Shown here: piece by piece, positions 42,753-53,380 of the stretch
How the letters are laid out: each line of letters begins with the position of its first letter
Position numbering within the stretch: the stretch's first letter is position 1
NCBI GenBank assembly: GCA_965116795.1
Contig: OZ220716.1
Location: forward strand, 256,001-320,000
Length of the DNA: 64,000 nt
Source of the DNA: Gammaproteobacteria bacterium
GTDB taxonomy: Bacteria; Pseudomonadota; Gammaproteobacteria; JAJFKG01
Reading direction: 5' to 3'
Made by a program: the position numbers and the translations under genes
Notes under the pieces: generated by a model
Seen by the model: only the letters and a program-made list of their open reading frames with translations
Told to the model about the DNA's origin: nothing
The model's database searches: none

Positions 42753-42919
42753 TTACTATTTCCTGTCACACTAGCCCGGCGTAGCTGTAAGCGAAGCCGG
42801 GGGCTATCTTAACATGATTGAATCAAGATTATTTTTTCTGGCAGGATGCATAGTAATAGCCATAAATGGTTCAACTTGTTATAATAATTTTACTTTTTGC
42901 ACACGAGGTTATTCAGTTA

Positions 42920-43159
42920 ATGCAAGTACGATTATCACGTCAGCCAGGTTTTTTCAGTAAAATCATGCCCTTTATCATTACAGGTGTATTACTTATTGCC
43001 GCACTGGCTGCATTTATTTTATTTTCTTATCTACTGTTTTTTGGTTTTCTTATTGGGCTTGTACTATATGTATTTGCCTGGATAAGGCAAACTATTAGCA
43101 AAAAATCAGGCACACAAAAGTCAACTACAGGACAAATATACGAGCACGATGACAATTGA
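42920..43159 (+). CDS. Small membrane hypothetical protein
   Basis: GAGG RBS; long hydrophobic stretch; C-terminal GQIYEH; overlaps nadD. Confidence 0.6.
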   Translation: MQVRLSRQPGFFSKIMPFIITGVLLIAALAAFILFSYLLFFGFLIGLVLYVFAWIRQTISKKSGTQKSTTGQIYEHDDN

Positions 43160-43790
43160 TTCCAATCGCACAGTCGCACTGTTGGGTGGCACCTTCGATC
43201 CGATACACAATGGACATATTCAAATTGCATTGTATGCACTAAACACATTACCAATTAGCGAAGTACAATTACTTCCATGCTACCAACCGGTGCACAAGCA
43301 AAAAACCATCGCTAATGATATGCAACGAGTTGCAATGTTAGCATTAGCAATTACTAACCAACCACAATTATCAATAAATTTACATGAAATCGATTCAAAA
43401 AAACCTTGTTATACAATTGACACACTGAAACAACTATATAAACCAACACAGCCAATGTGTTTTTTACTGGGGATGGATGCATGGTTAAGCTTAACTTCTT
43501 GGAAAGATTGGCAACAATTAACTGACTATGCACACCTTGTTATATTTGCCAGACCAGGCTATCAAATGTCAGCCATTTCTGCGTTACAACCCCATTTAAC
43601 TCAAGAAGTAGATGCTATCACTCGTAATGTCACATCTACTAAACCAGGGAGTATATTATTTCAAACCATGACTGATTATCCAATCGCAGCATCCACATTA
43701 CGTGAATGCATTATGAATGGCAAAAATTGTCAACAACACTTGCCTTCTGCTGTTTTGGATTATATTCTCACTCACAATGTATACCAATAA
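43149..43790 (+). CDS. nadD: Nicotinate-nucleotide adenylyltransferase
   Basis: GGTFDPIHNGH; YTIDTL; LLGMD. Confidence 0.95.
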   Translation: MTIDSNRTVALLGGTFDPIHNGHIQIALYALNTLPISEVQLLPCYQPVHKQKTIANDMQRVAMLALAITNQPQLSINLHEIDSKKPCYTIDTLKQLYKPTQPMCFLLGMDAWLSLTSWKDWQQLTDYAHLVIFARPGYQMSAISALQPHLTQEVDAITRNVTSTKPGSILFQTMTDYPIAASTLRECIMNGKNCQQHLPSAVLDYILTHNVYQ

Positions 43791-43815
43791 CTCATTAAAC
43801 TACACAGGATAACTG

Positions 43816-44163
43816 ATGACTATCGATCTAATTAAAAACCATGCTTTGCAAGCCCTTGAAGAAATAAAAGGGATTGATATTACTGTACTTGATGTCACTC
43901 ACTTAACTAGCATTACCGATGTGATGATCATTTGCAGTGGTACATCACAACGCCATGTCATGTCACTAGCAGATAATGTAGCACACACGGCAAAATCTCA
44001 TCACATTCCAGTATTAGGCGTTGAAGGTATGCAAACGGGTGAATGGGTTTTAGTTGATCTAGGTAGTGTTGTTGTACATATCATGCAACCTAGCGCTCGT
44101 GAATTTTATAACCTTGAAAAGTTATGGCGTATGGCAGAGGCAGTACGTGAACGCACTGAATAG
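43816..44163 (+). CDS. rsfS: Ribosome silencing factor
   Basis: SGTSQRHV, EWVLVDLG.VVVHIM, REFYNLEKLW. Confidence 0.96.
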   Translation: MTIDLIKNHALQALEEIKGIDITVLDVTHLTSITDVMIICSGTSQRHVMSLADNVAHTAKSHHIPVLGVEGMQTGEWVLVDLGSVVVHIMQPSAREFYNLEKLWRMAEAVRERTE

Positions 44164-44165
44164 TA

Positions 44166-44338
44166 ATATAACTCAGGCTCTATTTAGGAAAACGCCATCT
44201 TTGGCGAATCTTGCCAGAAAACAACAACAAAAAGTGCTCATGTATGCCCAATACACTGCGCTTTTTTGTTGTTGTTTTCTGACAACCTCCGCTCAAAGCT
44301 GACGTTTTTTGGTAATGTAAAGAACCGTTAAATATTAA
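44166..44338 (-). repeat. MITE family B, copy 2 (inverted)
   Basis: Reverse complement of 15678-15850; ends approximate. Confidence 0.88.
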
Positions 44339-44344
44339 TAATTA

Positions 44345-45362
44345 ACGCCATGCTCGACTTTTTTGGGATAAAATTGTTTAAAGTTTGACTGGCACAGTGA
44401 ATTCCAGTAATTTTGGTTTGAAAGAATCGCCCTTACAAGGAGAGTCACCATGCCATTGGAGGATTTTATCATTACGGTGTTTTGTTTAGTAGCGGAAAGT
44501 ACCAAAAGTATGGAAGGATTACAGGTGCTACGACATCGAGGTTTCGCACCAAAGTTATCAGATGAAGAAGTAATTACCATGGAAGTTGTCGGAGAATTTT
44601 TAGGAATTGATACAGATAAAGGCTTATGGTCTTATTTTAAAACTAACTGGCAAATGTTGTTTCCCGATCTAGGAGCACGTAGTAACTTTGCAAAACAAGC
44701 AGCAAACCTGTGGAAAGTAAAACAAGTTATCCAAATGAAAATAGGTGACCAACTGCATGCTACTGATGACACATTACATATGGCAGATGGATTTCCGATA
44801 CCGGTTTGCAAATTCAAACGAGCAAAATATAGTCGTGTATTTAAGGGTGAAGCAGGCTTTGGATACTGTGCATCCAAAGATGAGACTTATTACGGTTTCA
44901 AAGGAAATGTTGTGATTAATTCTGAAGGTGTGATCAGTAGTATAACGGCGACAGCCGCTAATATCGATGAAAGAGAATCGCTTTGGGATATTATTGGCGG
45001 CATTAGTGGATTAATGTTGGCTGACAAGGGATTAATTGGCAAAGATTATCAACAGCAACTGGCACGAGAGACAAACGTAAACTTGCAAACACCACTACGC
45101 GATAATATGGTTGATACAAGAGGAAAAGATGCAGCATCATGGTTGATATCAACACGGCGTTTGGTTGAAACGGTTATCGGCCAATTAAGCGAACGGTTTC
45201 ATATTCAAAAAGTCAGGGCAAGAGATACATGGCATTTCACTAATCGTGTTACCAGAAAAATATTATCACACACCTTGGCCGTATTTATTAATAAGATAGT
45301 GGGTAACAAACCACTTCAGTTTGAAAGGCTCGTCACTGTATGAAAAAAGTCGAGCATGGCGT
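44345..45362 (+). mobile_element. IS982-family insertion sequence, 1018 bp
   Basis: 20-bp perfect TIR acgccatgctcgactttttt; 6-bp DR TAATTA at 44339-44344 and 45363-45368. Confidence 0.93.
44450..45343 (+). CDS. IS982 DDE transposase
   Basis: LSDEEVIT, ADGFPIPVC, GYCASK..YYGFK, ADKG, RRLVETVIGQL. Confidence 0.93.
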   Translation: MPLEDFIITVFCLVAESTKSMEGLQVLRHRGFAPKLSDEEVITMEVVGEFLGIDTDKGLWSYFKTNWQMLFPDLGARSNFAKQAANLWKVKQVIQMKIGDQLHATDDTLHMADGFPIPVCKFKRAKYSRVFKGEAGFGYCASKDETYYGFKGNVVINSEGVISSITATAANIDERESLWDIIGGISGLMLADKGLIGKDYQQQLARETNVNLQTPLRDNMVDTRGKDAASWLISTRRLVETVIGQLSERFHIQKVRARDTWHFTNRVTRKILSHTLAVFINKIVGNKPLQFERLVTV

Positions 45363-45400
45363 TAATTAAAAAAGTACTATTTAAAAAGGAAAAATATTCT

Positions 45401-45871
45401 GTGAAATATCATGTTGTAGCAATAGGTACACGCATGCCAAGCTGGGTAAACGACGGTTTCACTGAATATGCAAAACGTTTACCTAAAGAAACGCCATTAT
45501 TATTACATGAAATTCCCGCAGTCAAACGCAGTAAACATATCGCGACTGATGATTGGATACGTCGTGAAAGTGATAAGATTTGTCAACATCTTGGCAAACA
45601 GACACGCATGGTATTACTTGATGTTCGTGGCGAATTGTGGTCGACAGAACAATTAGCGCAACAATTAAATCAATGGCAACACGATGGAGATGATATCCAT
45701 TTTGTTATTGGTGGCGCTGATGGTGTTGATACACGTTGTCAGCAACGTGCACATTGGCAATGGTCTCTATCAAGATTGACGCTACCGCATCCACTGGTAC
45801 GTATTGTATTGGCCGAGCAGTTATACCGTGCAACGACCATCTTACAGCAACACCCTTATCATCGAGGCTAA
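45401..45871 (+). CDS. rlmH: 23S rRNA pseudouridine1915 N3-methyltransferase
   Basis: GTG start after AAGGA; FVIGGADG, SLS.LTLPHPLVR, EQLYRA, HPYHR; ATG 45356 lies in the IS TIR. Confidence 0.96.
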   Translation: MKYHVVAIGTRMPSWVNDGFTEYAKRLPKETPLLLHEIPAVKRSKHIATDDWIRRESDKICQHLGKQTRMVLLDVRGELWSTEQLAQQLNQWQHDGDDIHFVIGGADGVDTRCQQRAHWQWSLSRLTLPHPLVRIVLAEQLYRATTILQQHPYHRG

Positions 45872-46000
45872 TACAGTTATCAGAGATACCATGACCTAGC
45901 TGGTATACATTTCGCTGCTGGCTAGCTAATTTGGAAAAATTCATTATAATAATTAGACACTCTATCAACAAAGAATAATGTTAGCGAAGGATCGCAACGC

Positions 46001-46801
46001 ATGATACGTACTGGATTAAAACCGTATTTAATTGTAGCAATATCGAGCTGCTTGCTAGTCAATATGCCCTTATTAGCTGCGCCATTGTCTACTTTCATCC
46101 CTGAAGAAGATGGGTTACCAACATACCCGATTGACACAACACACATTCCAAATCCAACACTACATTACGAACCCAAAAGTATGCTTGGCAACCCTAAGTC
46201 ATATCAAGTTAACGGCCAAGAATACTATGTATTGGATTCAGAGCATGGCTATGCAGCAATTGGTACTGCGTCTTGGTATGGCACCAAATTTCACGGGCGC
46301 CGCACTTCCAATGGTGAGATTTATAATATGTATTCGATGACAGCAGCTAGTCCTGATCTACCTTTGCCAAGCTACGTTAAAGTAACCAATTTAACTAACC
46401 ATAAACAGGTTATTGTACGCGTTAACGATCGCGGCCCATTTCATAAAAATCGATTAATTGATTTATCCTATGCCGCTGCGAAAAAATTAGGGATGTTAGC
46501 CAAGGGCACTGCATCAGTACGGATCGAAGCAATTGAAATCACTACACCAACTACCTCCCAACAACGTCAATTATATTTACAAGCAGGCGCATTTCATCAC
46601 TTAGGTAATGCTAAACATGAATTAAATCGCTTAAAGAATATATTAATTGATGCACCACTACATTTAAAACACAGTCAAACTAACAAACAAGCATTGTATA
46701 AAATCATTGTTGGCCCGATTAATACGATTAAAATGAATCATCAGTGGTTACAGCGTTTACAATTAGCCGGGATTTATCGAGCCTATCCAATCAGGCTATA
46801 G
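46001..46801 (+). CDS. rlpA: Septal lytic transglycosylase RlpA with SPOR domain
   Basis: G.ASWYG.KFHG, VRVNDRGPF, IDLSYAAA; YLQAGAF. Confidence 0.92.
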   Translation: MIRTGLKPYLIVAISSCLLVNMPLLAAPLSTFIPEEDGLPTYPIDTTHIPNPTLHYEPKSMLGNPKSYQVNGQEYYVLDSEHGYAAIGTASWYGTKFHGRRTSNGEIYNMYSMTAASPDLPLPSYVKVTNLTNHKQVIVRVNDRGPFHKNRLIDLSYAAAKKLGMLAKGTASVRIEAIEITTPTTSQQRQLYLQAGAFHHLGNAKHELNRLKNILIDAPLHLKHSQTNKQALYKIIVGPINTIKMNHQWLQRLQLAGIYRAYPIRL

Positions 46802-46852
46802 TGCGAACATACCCTACCCCTTTGAATGTTAAGCCACATTTGGTAAATGTAC

Positions 46853-47037
46853 TTACAGCCTTTTCCTAAAATAATGACGCATTATAACGTCGGCTTTACT
46901 TTTCTAGCTTCGTCAAATACTTAATAAAAAGTACTCATTTAGGCTTAGCTAAACTCCGTCTTTTTCTTAAGTATTTGACGAAGCTAGAAAAACAAATCCT
47001 CGTCCTAATACCTCATTATTTTAGGAAAAGGCTGTAA
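46853..47037. repeat. 185-bp nested-palindrome MITE
   Basis: 25-bp perfect outer TIR (46853-46877/47013-47037) and 25-bp perfect inner IR (46900-46924/46967-46991). Confidence 0.92.
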
Positions 47038-47117
47038 ATCTGGTACTCACCTAGCAAATCAGGTATCCTAGCTGCCTTCAGTATTGTTATTTAACAGTTA
47101 AGGAAAGGAACGCTGGC

Positions 47118-48416
47118 ATGCTAAAAAATACGGTGAAATCAGGTATTATTCATCTATCTAAGACATTGGTTATTGTAATTGCTGTAAGTACATTATTTAG
47201 CTCAATGGCGTTTAGCGCTAGCAATACCGCTTCCTCTAATAATCCATCGTCAAATGTAACACCAGTGCGGCCAATATTAACATCGCCTATGCTGCCTGCG
47301 CCTCCACCTATTCAAGCAAAAGCATATGTGCTGATAGATGCAAACAGTGATGATGTAATTGCACAGAAGAACCCTGATCAACATTTTCCACCCGCTAGCT
47401 TAACTAAAATGATGACATTGTACTTGCTATTTCAAGCATTGCACCATGGACAAATACAAAAAGAGTCACTAATCCCAATTAGTGTTAAAGCATGGCGCAT
47501 GGGTGGCTCTAAAATGTTTGTCAAAGAAGGTACTAATGTATCTGCTGACGAATTAATTCGTGGGATCATTGTTGATTCAGGTAACGATGCCAGTGTTGCC
47601 GTAGCCGAATATCTAGGTGGTAGCGAAGATGCATTTGTTAGTCTTATGAATCAACAAGCAAAGGCATTGGGAATGACAAATACTCATTTTACCGATTCTC
47701 ATGGTATGCCAGATGTCGATCATTATAGCAGTGCACATGATATGGCACTATTAGCACGCGCATTGATTACCCACTTTCCTGAGTATTATGATTATTTTTC
47801 ACAAAAGTCGATGACTTACAGTGGGATTAAACAATATAACCGTAATCGCCTATTATGGCAGACACATTTAGGTGCAGATGGTTTGAAAACTGGTCACACT
47901 GAAGAAGCTGGTTTTTGCTTAGTGAGTTCTGCAAAACAAGGTGATCAGCGTTTAATTGCTGTCATCATGGGAACACCATCCGACAATGCACGCACTCAAA
48001 ATAGTGCCGCGCTATTAAATTATGGTTTTCGTTTCTTTGAAACACATAAACTATATGATGCCAATACACCAATTAGTAGAACACGTGTTTGGCAAGGCAA
48101 AAATAAGCAAGTCACGTTAGGGATTAGTCAACCTGTATTTGTGACAATTCCACGCGGTCAATATTCTAAATTAACAGCAAGCATGACATTAGAGCATACT
48201 GTTAAAGCACCAATCACTCAAGGACAGCCATTAGGTGAATTGCAATTATCACTGGGCAAGCAACAGATTGCTAGCTATCCTGTACTGGCATTGCAAACCA
48301 TACCACGTGGTAACTTGTGGCGACGCATGCTAGACAGTGTCGGATTACATTGGCACAACTGGTTTGGTAAGAGCCAACATACAGCCGAACTTAATCAACA
48401 ACCTATTAATGCATGA
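47118..48416 (+). CDS. dacA: D-alanyl-D-alanine carboxypeptidase (PBP5/6)
   Basis: SLTK, SGN, KTG motifs. Confidence 0.9.
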   Translation: MLKNTVKSGIIHLSKTLVIVIAVSTLFSSMAFSASNTASSNNPSSNVTPVRPILTSPMLPAPPPIQAKAYVLIDANSDDVIAQKNPDQHFPPASLTKMMTLYLLFQALHHGQIQKESLIPISVKAWRMGGSKMFVKEGTNVSADELIRGIIVDSGNDASVAVAEYLGGSEDAFVSLMNQQAKALGMTNTHFTDSHGMPDVDHYSSAHDMALLARALITHFPEYYDYFSQKSMTYSGIKQYNRNRLLWQTHLGADGLKTGHTEEAGFCLVSSAKQGDQRLIAVIMGTPSDNARTQNSAALLNYGFRFFETHKLYDANTPISRTRVWQGKNKQVTLGISQPVFVTIPRGQYSKLTASMTLEHTVKAPITQGQPLGELQLSLGKQQIASYPVLALQTIPRGNLWRRMLDSVGLHWHNWFGKSQHTAELNQQPINA

Positions 48417-49279
48417 ACATGACGACACAACCTCATCCATTCGTCTATCTAAATGGAGAATTTATTCCATTTGCTGATGCGCGTGTTCCAATTACTGACC
48501 GTGGTTTCTTATTTGCTGACAGCGTATACGAAGTAATTCCAGTCTATAATGGCCAACCATTTCGTGTAGTTGATCACCTTGAGCGGTTGTATCGCAGTTT
48601 AGCAGCAATTCGTTTAACATTAACGATGAATATCTCACAATGGCAATCCGTATTAACTGATCTAGTTAACAAAAATGGTGGTGGCAATCAAGCTGTATAT
48701 TTACAAGTAACTCGTGGAGTAATGCCAACACGCCAGCATACTTTTTCAGATAATTTACAACCAACGACATTGGCAATGAGTATGCCATTGCCAACCACTT
48801 CAATTGACACGTTACGTCAAGGCGTTAGTGCAATTGTATTACCCGATTGCCGTTGGGCACATTGCTCGATCAAATCAACAGCATTATTACCAAATGTCCT
48901 ACTTAATCAGCAAGCTAATGATGCGAATGCTAGCGAAGCTATTTTAGTACGCGATGGTATCGTAACTGAAGGGACATCGAGTAACGTATTTATTGTCAAA
49001 GATAATGTGATCATGACACCAATGAAATCCGACTGTATTTTAGGTGGGATCACACGCGATGTTGTAATTGAAGTGGCCAAACAACATCAGATCCCCATAC
49101 AAGAAACAACAGTCACTGAAGCACAATTAACCACAGCTGATGAAATTTGGTTAACCAGCTCAACACGTGAAGTACGTCCAGTGACAACATTAGATAATCG
49201 TCCGGTTGGAACTGGCAAAACAGGTCCTATGTGGCAACAAATCATTGAATTATATCAAGCACATAAACAATCTGTATAA
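48413..49279 (+). CDS. dat: D-amino acid aminotransferase (PLP class IV)
   Basis: DRGFLFAD.VYEV, IKS..LL.NVL, EGTSSN, ILGGITR. Confidence 0.88.
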   Translation: MNMTTQPHPFVYLNGEFIPFADARVPITDRGFLFADSVYEVIPVYNGQPFRVVDHLERLYRSLAAIRLTLTMNISQWQSVLTDLVNKNGGGNQAVYLQVTRGVMPTRQHTFSDNLQPTTLAMSMPLPTTSIDTLRQGVSAIVLPDCRWAHCSIKSTALLPNVLLNQQANDANASEAILVRDGIVTEGTSSNVFIVKDNVIMTPMKSDCILGGITRDVVIEVAKQHQIPIQETTVTEAQLTTADEIWLTSSTREVRPVTTLDNRPVGTGKTGPMWQQIIELYQAHKQSV

Positions 49280-49284
49280 ACAAC

Positions 49285-49566
49285 ATGGTAAACAAACGTA
49301 AACCTGCTAAAAAAAATGTATTGAAATTTCCGTGTGAATTTCCAATTAAAGCAATTGTCAAAGCGGAATCCAATCTCAGTCAGGTTATTTTTGATATTGT
49401 GGCAAAGCATGCACCTAACGTAACTGCTGATGACATTCAATTTCGACACAGTGATAAAAAACAGTATTTATCAGTAACCATTACAATCACTGCAACTAGT
49501 CAAAAACAATTAGATAATATTTATCGAGAATTAACTGCACATGAACAGATTTTATTTGTGTTATAA
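49285..49566 (+). CDS. ybeD: YbeD/DUF493 protein
   Basis: FPCEFPIK, YLSVTITI.ATS..QLDNIY..L; upstream of lipB. Confidence 0.9.
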   Translation: MVNKRKPAKKNVLKFPCEFPIKAIVKAESNLSQVIFDIVAKHAPNVTADDIQFRHSDKKQYLSVTITITATSQKQLDNIYRELTAHEQILFVL

Positions 49567-49581
49567 ACAAGAAGTAGACTA

Positions 49582-50283
49582 ATGCCTCAAATTATTAATA
49601 CAGTACTGTATCGTGATCTAGGTCGTGTTGCCTATCACCATGTATGGCATGCAATGCGTGATTTTACCGATCATCGCGATGCTCATAGTTATGATGAAAT
49701 ATGGTTAGTAGAACATGATCCGGTGTTTACCCAGGGACAAAACGGTCGTGCTGAACATCTACTCATGCCTAGTGATATTCCTGTTGTTCAAACTGACCGT
49801 GGTGGTCAAATCACTTACCACGGCCCTGGACAAGTTGTATTGTACCTATTGATCGATCTACGCCGTCGCCAATTGGGTATCCGCCAATTAGTCCGTCAAA
49901 TCGAAGCCAGTGTGATCCAATGTTTGGCATGGCATGGAATCGATGCACATGCACGTCCTGATGCACCCGGTGTGTATATCGATAATGCAAAAATTTGTTC
50001 ATTGGGATTACGGGTACGTCGTGGCTGTTGTTATCACGGTTTAGCATTTAATCATCAGATGGATTTAACCCCATTCACTCAGATCAACCCATGTGGATTC
50101 AAGCAATTAGCCATTACTCAACTAGTTGATCATGACATTACACTCACTCGTCATCACCTCAGTCATCAACTATTAAACAGCTTGCGTCAAGTGCTGGGGT
50201 ATAATACGCTAGCACACGCTCAAAGTCATTTGCCAACAAAACAGGATCAAGCACATGTCGAATACCACGCTGAACTCAGCTAA
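49582..50283 (+). CDS. lipB: Octanoyltransferase
   Basis: [32 protein letters not shown]. Confidence 0.97.
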   Translation: MPQIINTVLYRDLGRVAYHHVWHAMRDFTDHRDAHSYDEIWLVEHDPVFTQGQNGRAEHLLMPSDIPVVQTDRGGQITYHGPGQVVLYLLIDLRRRQLGIRQLVRQIEASVIQCLAWHGIDAHARPDAPGVYIDNAKICSLGLRVRRGCCYHGLAFNHQMDLTPFTQINPCGFKQLAITQLVDHDITLTRHHLSHQLLNSLRQVLGYNTLAHAQSHLPTKQDQAHVEYHAELS

Positions 50284-51205
50284 TAAACAACGTAATGCAG
50301 ACAAGCTATCTCGGATCCCAATTAAAATCGTACCCAGTGAACCCTTACGTAAACCAGATTGGATCCGTATTCGTATTCCAGCTACCCCTGCTGTCAGTGA
50401 ATTAAAACAAGTCTTGCGTCAAAATAAACTAGTCACTGTTTGTGAAGAAGCAACGTGTCCTAACTTAGCTGAATGCTTTAGTAAAGGCACCGCTACATTC
50501 ATGATTATGGGTGATAAGTGCACCCGTCGTTGTGCATTTTGTGATGTTGCTCATGGTCGTCCAGATAAACTTGATCCAGATGAACCAATCAATTTAGCAC
50601 GTACTATTGCACAAATGAAATTACGTTATGTGGTAATTACATCAGTTGATCGTGACGATTTACGTGATGGTGGTGCTACACATTATCGTGATTGTATCCG
50701 TGCTGTGCGTCAGCATAATCCTGAGATCCGCATCGAAGTATTAGTGCCTGACTTTCGTGGCCGCATGGAAAAAGCATTAGCAATTTTAAGCGAAGAATTA
50801 TCTGATGTGTTTAATCACAATATCGAAACGGTTGAACACTTATATAAACAAGCACGTCCTGGCTCAGACTATCAATGGTCACTGACCTTATTGCAACAAC
50901 ACAAACAACGTTTCCCACATATCCCAACAAAATCTGGGATCATGGTTGGACTTGGTGAAACCAATGACGAAGTTATTCAAGTCATGCGTGACTTGCGTGC
51001 ACATGATGTTGATATGCTTACCATTGGCCAATATCTACAGCCTAGTCGTCATCATTTGCCAGTGGCACGTTATGTTACTCCAGAAGAATTTGCTGGCTTC
51101 AAACGCATTGCCGATGAGATGGGTTTTCAAAATGCTGCGTGTGGTCCATTTGTACGTTCTTCCTACCATGCAGATAAACAAGCCGATGGTGAATTGGTTG
51201 GTTAG
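50255..51205 (+). CDS. lipA: Lipoyl synthase
   Basis: [12 protein letters not shown]; CTRRCAFC; RSSYHA. Confidence 0.97.
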   Translation: MSNTTLNSANKQRNADKLSRIPIKIVPSEPLRKPDWIRIRIPATPAVSELKQVLRQNKLVTVCEEATCPNLAECFSKGTATFMIMGDKCTRRCAFCDVAHGRPDKLDPDEPINLARTIAQMKLRYVVITSVDRDDLRDGGATHYRDCIRAVRQHNPEIRIEVLVPDFRGRMEKALAILSEELSDVFNHNIETVEHLYKQARPGSDYQWSLTLLQQHKQRFPHIPTKSGIMVGLGETNDEVIQVMRDLRAHDVDMLTIGQYLQPSRHHLPVARYVTPEEFAGFKRIADEMGFQNAACGPFVRSSYHADKQADGELVG

Positions 51206-51211
51206 TATTAA

Positions 51212-53251
51212 ATGAATAATCTAGAACCATATAAACTGGCTTTTGAACATTGGATTATGTTACATCCTACATTGACTGGATTTATTGTATTTTCACTTAC
51301 TTTTTTCGAATCATTAGCTGTAATTGGGATTATACTACCAGGCGTTGTGCTGATGACTACAGTCGGCACCTTAGTTGGCGCACACTTTTTACCGATTACC
51401 TCAACCCTATCATGGGCAATTGCAGGTGCTGTATTAGGTGATGCACTTAGTTATTTCATTGGGTATTATTATAAAAGCCGATTACGTGACATATGGCCAT
51501 TTAGCACACACCCTAACTGGGTACAAAGCTGTGAACGGTTTTTTGCATCCCATGGTGGTAAAAGTGTGTTTTTCGGACGTCTTGGTCCATTGCGTGCATT
51601 TATTCCAATCGTAGCAGGTATGTTACACATGCGTCCTATTGCCTTCTTCGCAGCAAATATTCCATCTAGCATCATGTGGGCACCTGCCTACATGTTACCT
51701 GGGATCTTGCTAGGCATGACAGCATTACAATTTCCGCCGGATATGACTACGCACTTTTTAACTATCTTATTTATTGCACTGTTAATCCTATGGTTATCTG
51801 GTTGGTTAATTAAACGGATTATTTATTGGTGTTTGCATAAATTAGATGGTGTATTGGATCATGTATGGGAATACTGCCAACATCATCGTTACTTTCATCC
51901 AGTCTATACAGCACTACAAGATCCATATCACCCACAACGCCATGGACAATTAACCAGTGCTTGTGTGCTATTAGTGCTAGTTATTTTATTAGCCTTATTA
52001 GGCTATATGGTGTCACAACAGATTGGATTAATTTATCTGAATCATCCACTGCATTTCTTTTCACGCTCATGGTATAGCCCTTGGGGAATGAAAATTGCCA
52101 TTGTGCTCACAACGTTTGGAGACAAACTGGTTGTATTACCTATGTTAGTAACAGTCGCAATTTATTTATTTTGCAAACGCCATACATATAGCGCATGGCA
52201 TTGGTTAAGTGCAGGAATATTAGCAAGTGGCATGATTGCTTGCTTGAAATGGTTAACTCAATCACCACGACCTAATGATTTATCTGGCACGTTATCTGAA
52301 TTCTCATTTCCAAGCGGCCATACAACACTTAGCATTGTCATCTGGGGATTTTTTGCAGTCATGCTAGCACGTGCTAGTAAACCGCAATATCGCTGGCTTA
52401 GCCATTTCATTGCTGTACTGATTATTATTTTAGTAGCTATTTCACGATTGTATTTAGGTGCACATTGGTTTACTGATATTATTGGTGGCGCATTGCTAGG
52501 TACATGTTGCTTGCTATTGATCACGATTTCATACCGTCGATTACTGACCAAAGCATTAGATTTAACCGGTTTACTAACTACTTGTTTAATTAGCTTCATT
52601 TTATTTAGCAGTATCTATTTATTTTTAGTGTGGAATAAGCAAGTAGAACTATATCTGCCAAACTCGCCAACTCTTCTCATTGATCAACAAGCATGGTGGC
52701 ATAATCAAGTACAAAACATTCCTTTTTTCCGACCAAACCGATTTGGCAACACAGTACAATTACTCAATATACAGTGGCGTGGCAATCCTAATGTATTGCG
52801 TAATACGTTACGTGCACATGGCTGGGAAGATATTGATGACAGTAGTTTGCAATCCACGTTGCAACGTTTGGCAACTAAACCAATTAAGCGCAAACTACCC
52901 TTGTTGCCAGCAACATATTTTAACCACCAACCAATACTCACCATGGTTAAGCCAACTCGTCATCATCATACATTATTAGTCTTGCATCTATGGGATCCAA
53001 ATATTCATTTTACCCATAGTCAACAACCACTATACTTAGGCGCAGTTAATTATTTTACGCCACATACACAATATTTATGGCAAACAGACTTATCAATTGA
53101 CACATCACACCTACCGACACCAACAGATAACTTAATTCAAGATTTAGGAGAATTGCACTGGCATCAAGCCATTGTAGATGATTTACACATTGCCCATCGT
53201 GCCAAGCTACACCTACAGCCTCACTACCGTATCTTATTAATCCAACCCTGA
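51212..53251 (+). CDS. DedA + PAP2 phosphatase + LssY C-terminal domain fusion (LssY-like)
   Basis: FESLA..G..LPG, GKSVFFGR; K....PRP, FPSGHT, SRLYLGAHW.TD. Confidence 0.85.
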   Translation: MNNLEPYKLAFEHWIMLHPTLTGFIVFSLTFFESLAVIGIILPGVVLMTTVGTLVGAHFLPITSTLSWAIAGAVLGDALSYFIGYYYKSRLRDIWPFSTHPNWVQSCERFFASHGGKSVFFGRLGPLRAFIPIVAGMLHMRPIAFFAANIPSSIMWAPAYMLPGILLGMTALQFPPDMTTHFLTILFIALLILWLSGWLIKRIIYWCLHKLDGVLDHVWEYCQHHRYFHPVYTALQDPYHPQRHGQLTSACVLLVLVILLALLGYMVSQQIGLIYLNHPLHFFSRSWYSPWGMKIAIVLTTFGDKLVVLPMLVTVAIYLFCKRHTYSAWHWLSAGILASGMIACLKWLTQSPRPNDLSGTLSEFSFPSGHTTLSIVIWGFFAVMLARASKPQYRWLSHFIAVLIIILVAISRLYLGAHWFTDIIGGALLGTCCLLLITISYRRLLTKALDLTGLLTTCLISFILFSSIYLFLVWNKQVELYLPNSPTLLIDQQAWWHNQVQNIPFFRPNRFGNTVQLLNIQWRGNPNVLRNTLRAHGWEDIDDSSLQSTLQRLATKPIKRKLPLLPATYFNHQPILTMVKPTRHHHTLLVLHLWDPNIHFTHSQQPLYLGAVNYFTPHTQYLWQTDLSIDTSHLPTPTDNLIQDLGELHWHQAIVDDLHIAHRAKLHLQPHYRILLIQP

Positions 53252-53288
53252 TTCGTTTAAAAAATGTCCTTTTGTGTCTTCATATCTT

Positions 53289-53317
53289 TTGCATTTATCC
53301 AAATGAATCAGTAGAAT
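53289..53317 (+). promoter_or_regulatory. sigma70 promoter of the rpsU operon
   Basis: TTGCAT-17-TAGAAT plus GC-rich discriminator. Confidence 0.65.
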
Positions 53318-53380
53318 TGCCGCTTTCGGTGGGCAAATCCACAGAGACAGTAATCATATAGATAGAAGGTAATTACATAA

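Noticed and set aside
42771-42806. GTAG-type REP-like hairpin tagcccggcgtagc...gcgaagccggg
   Set aside because: Single degenerate copy in the window; cannot establish a family
45356-45400. Apparent N-terminal extensions of RlmH, DotD, DotC, PrfA and PrmC in the ORF track
   Set aside because: Upstream starts lie in IS/MITE ends or in neighbouring genes; better downstream starts exist
45872-46000. Absence of mrdA/rodA/mltB between rlmH and rlpA
   Set aside because: This block is commonly rearranged; loss cannot be inferred from one window
51212-53251. DedA-PAP2 fusion as a novelty
   Set aside because: Known LssY-type architecture
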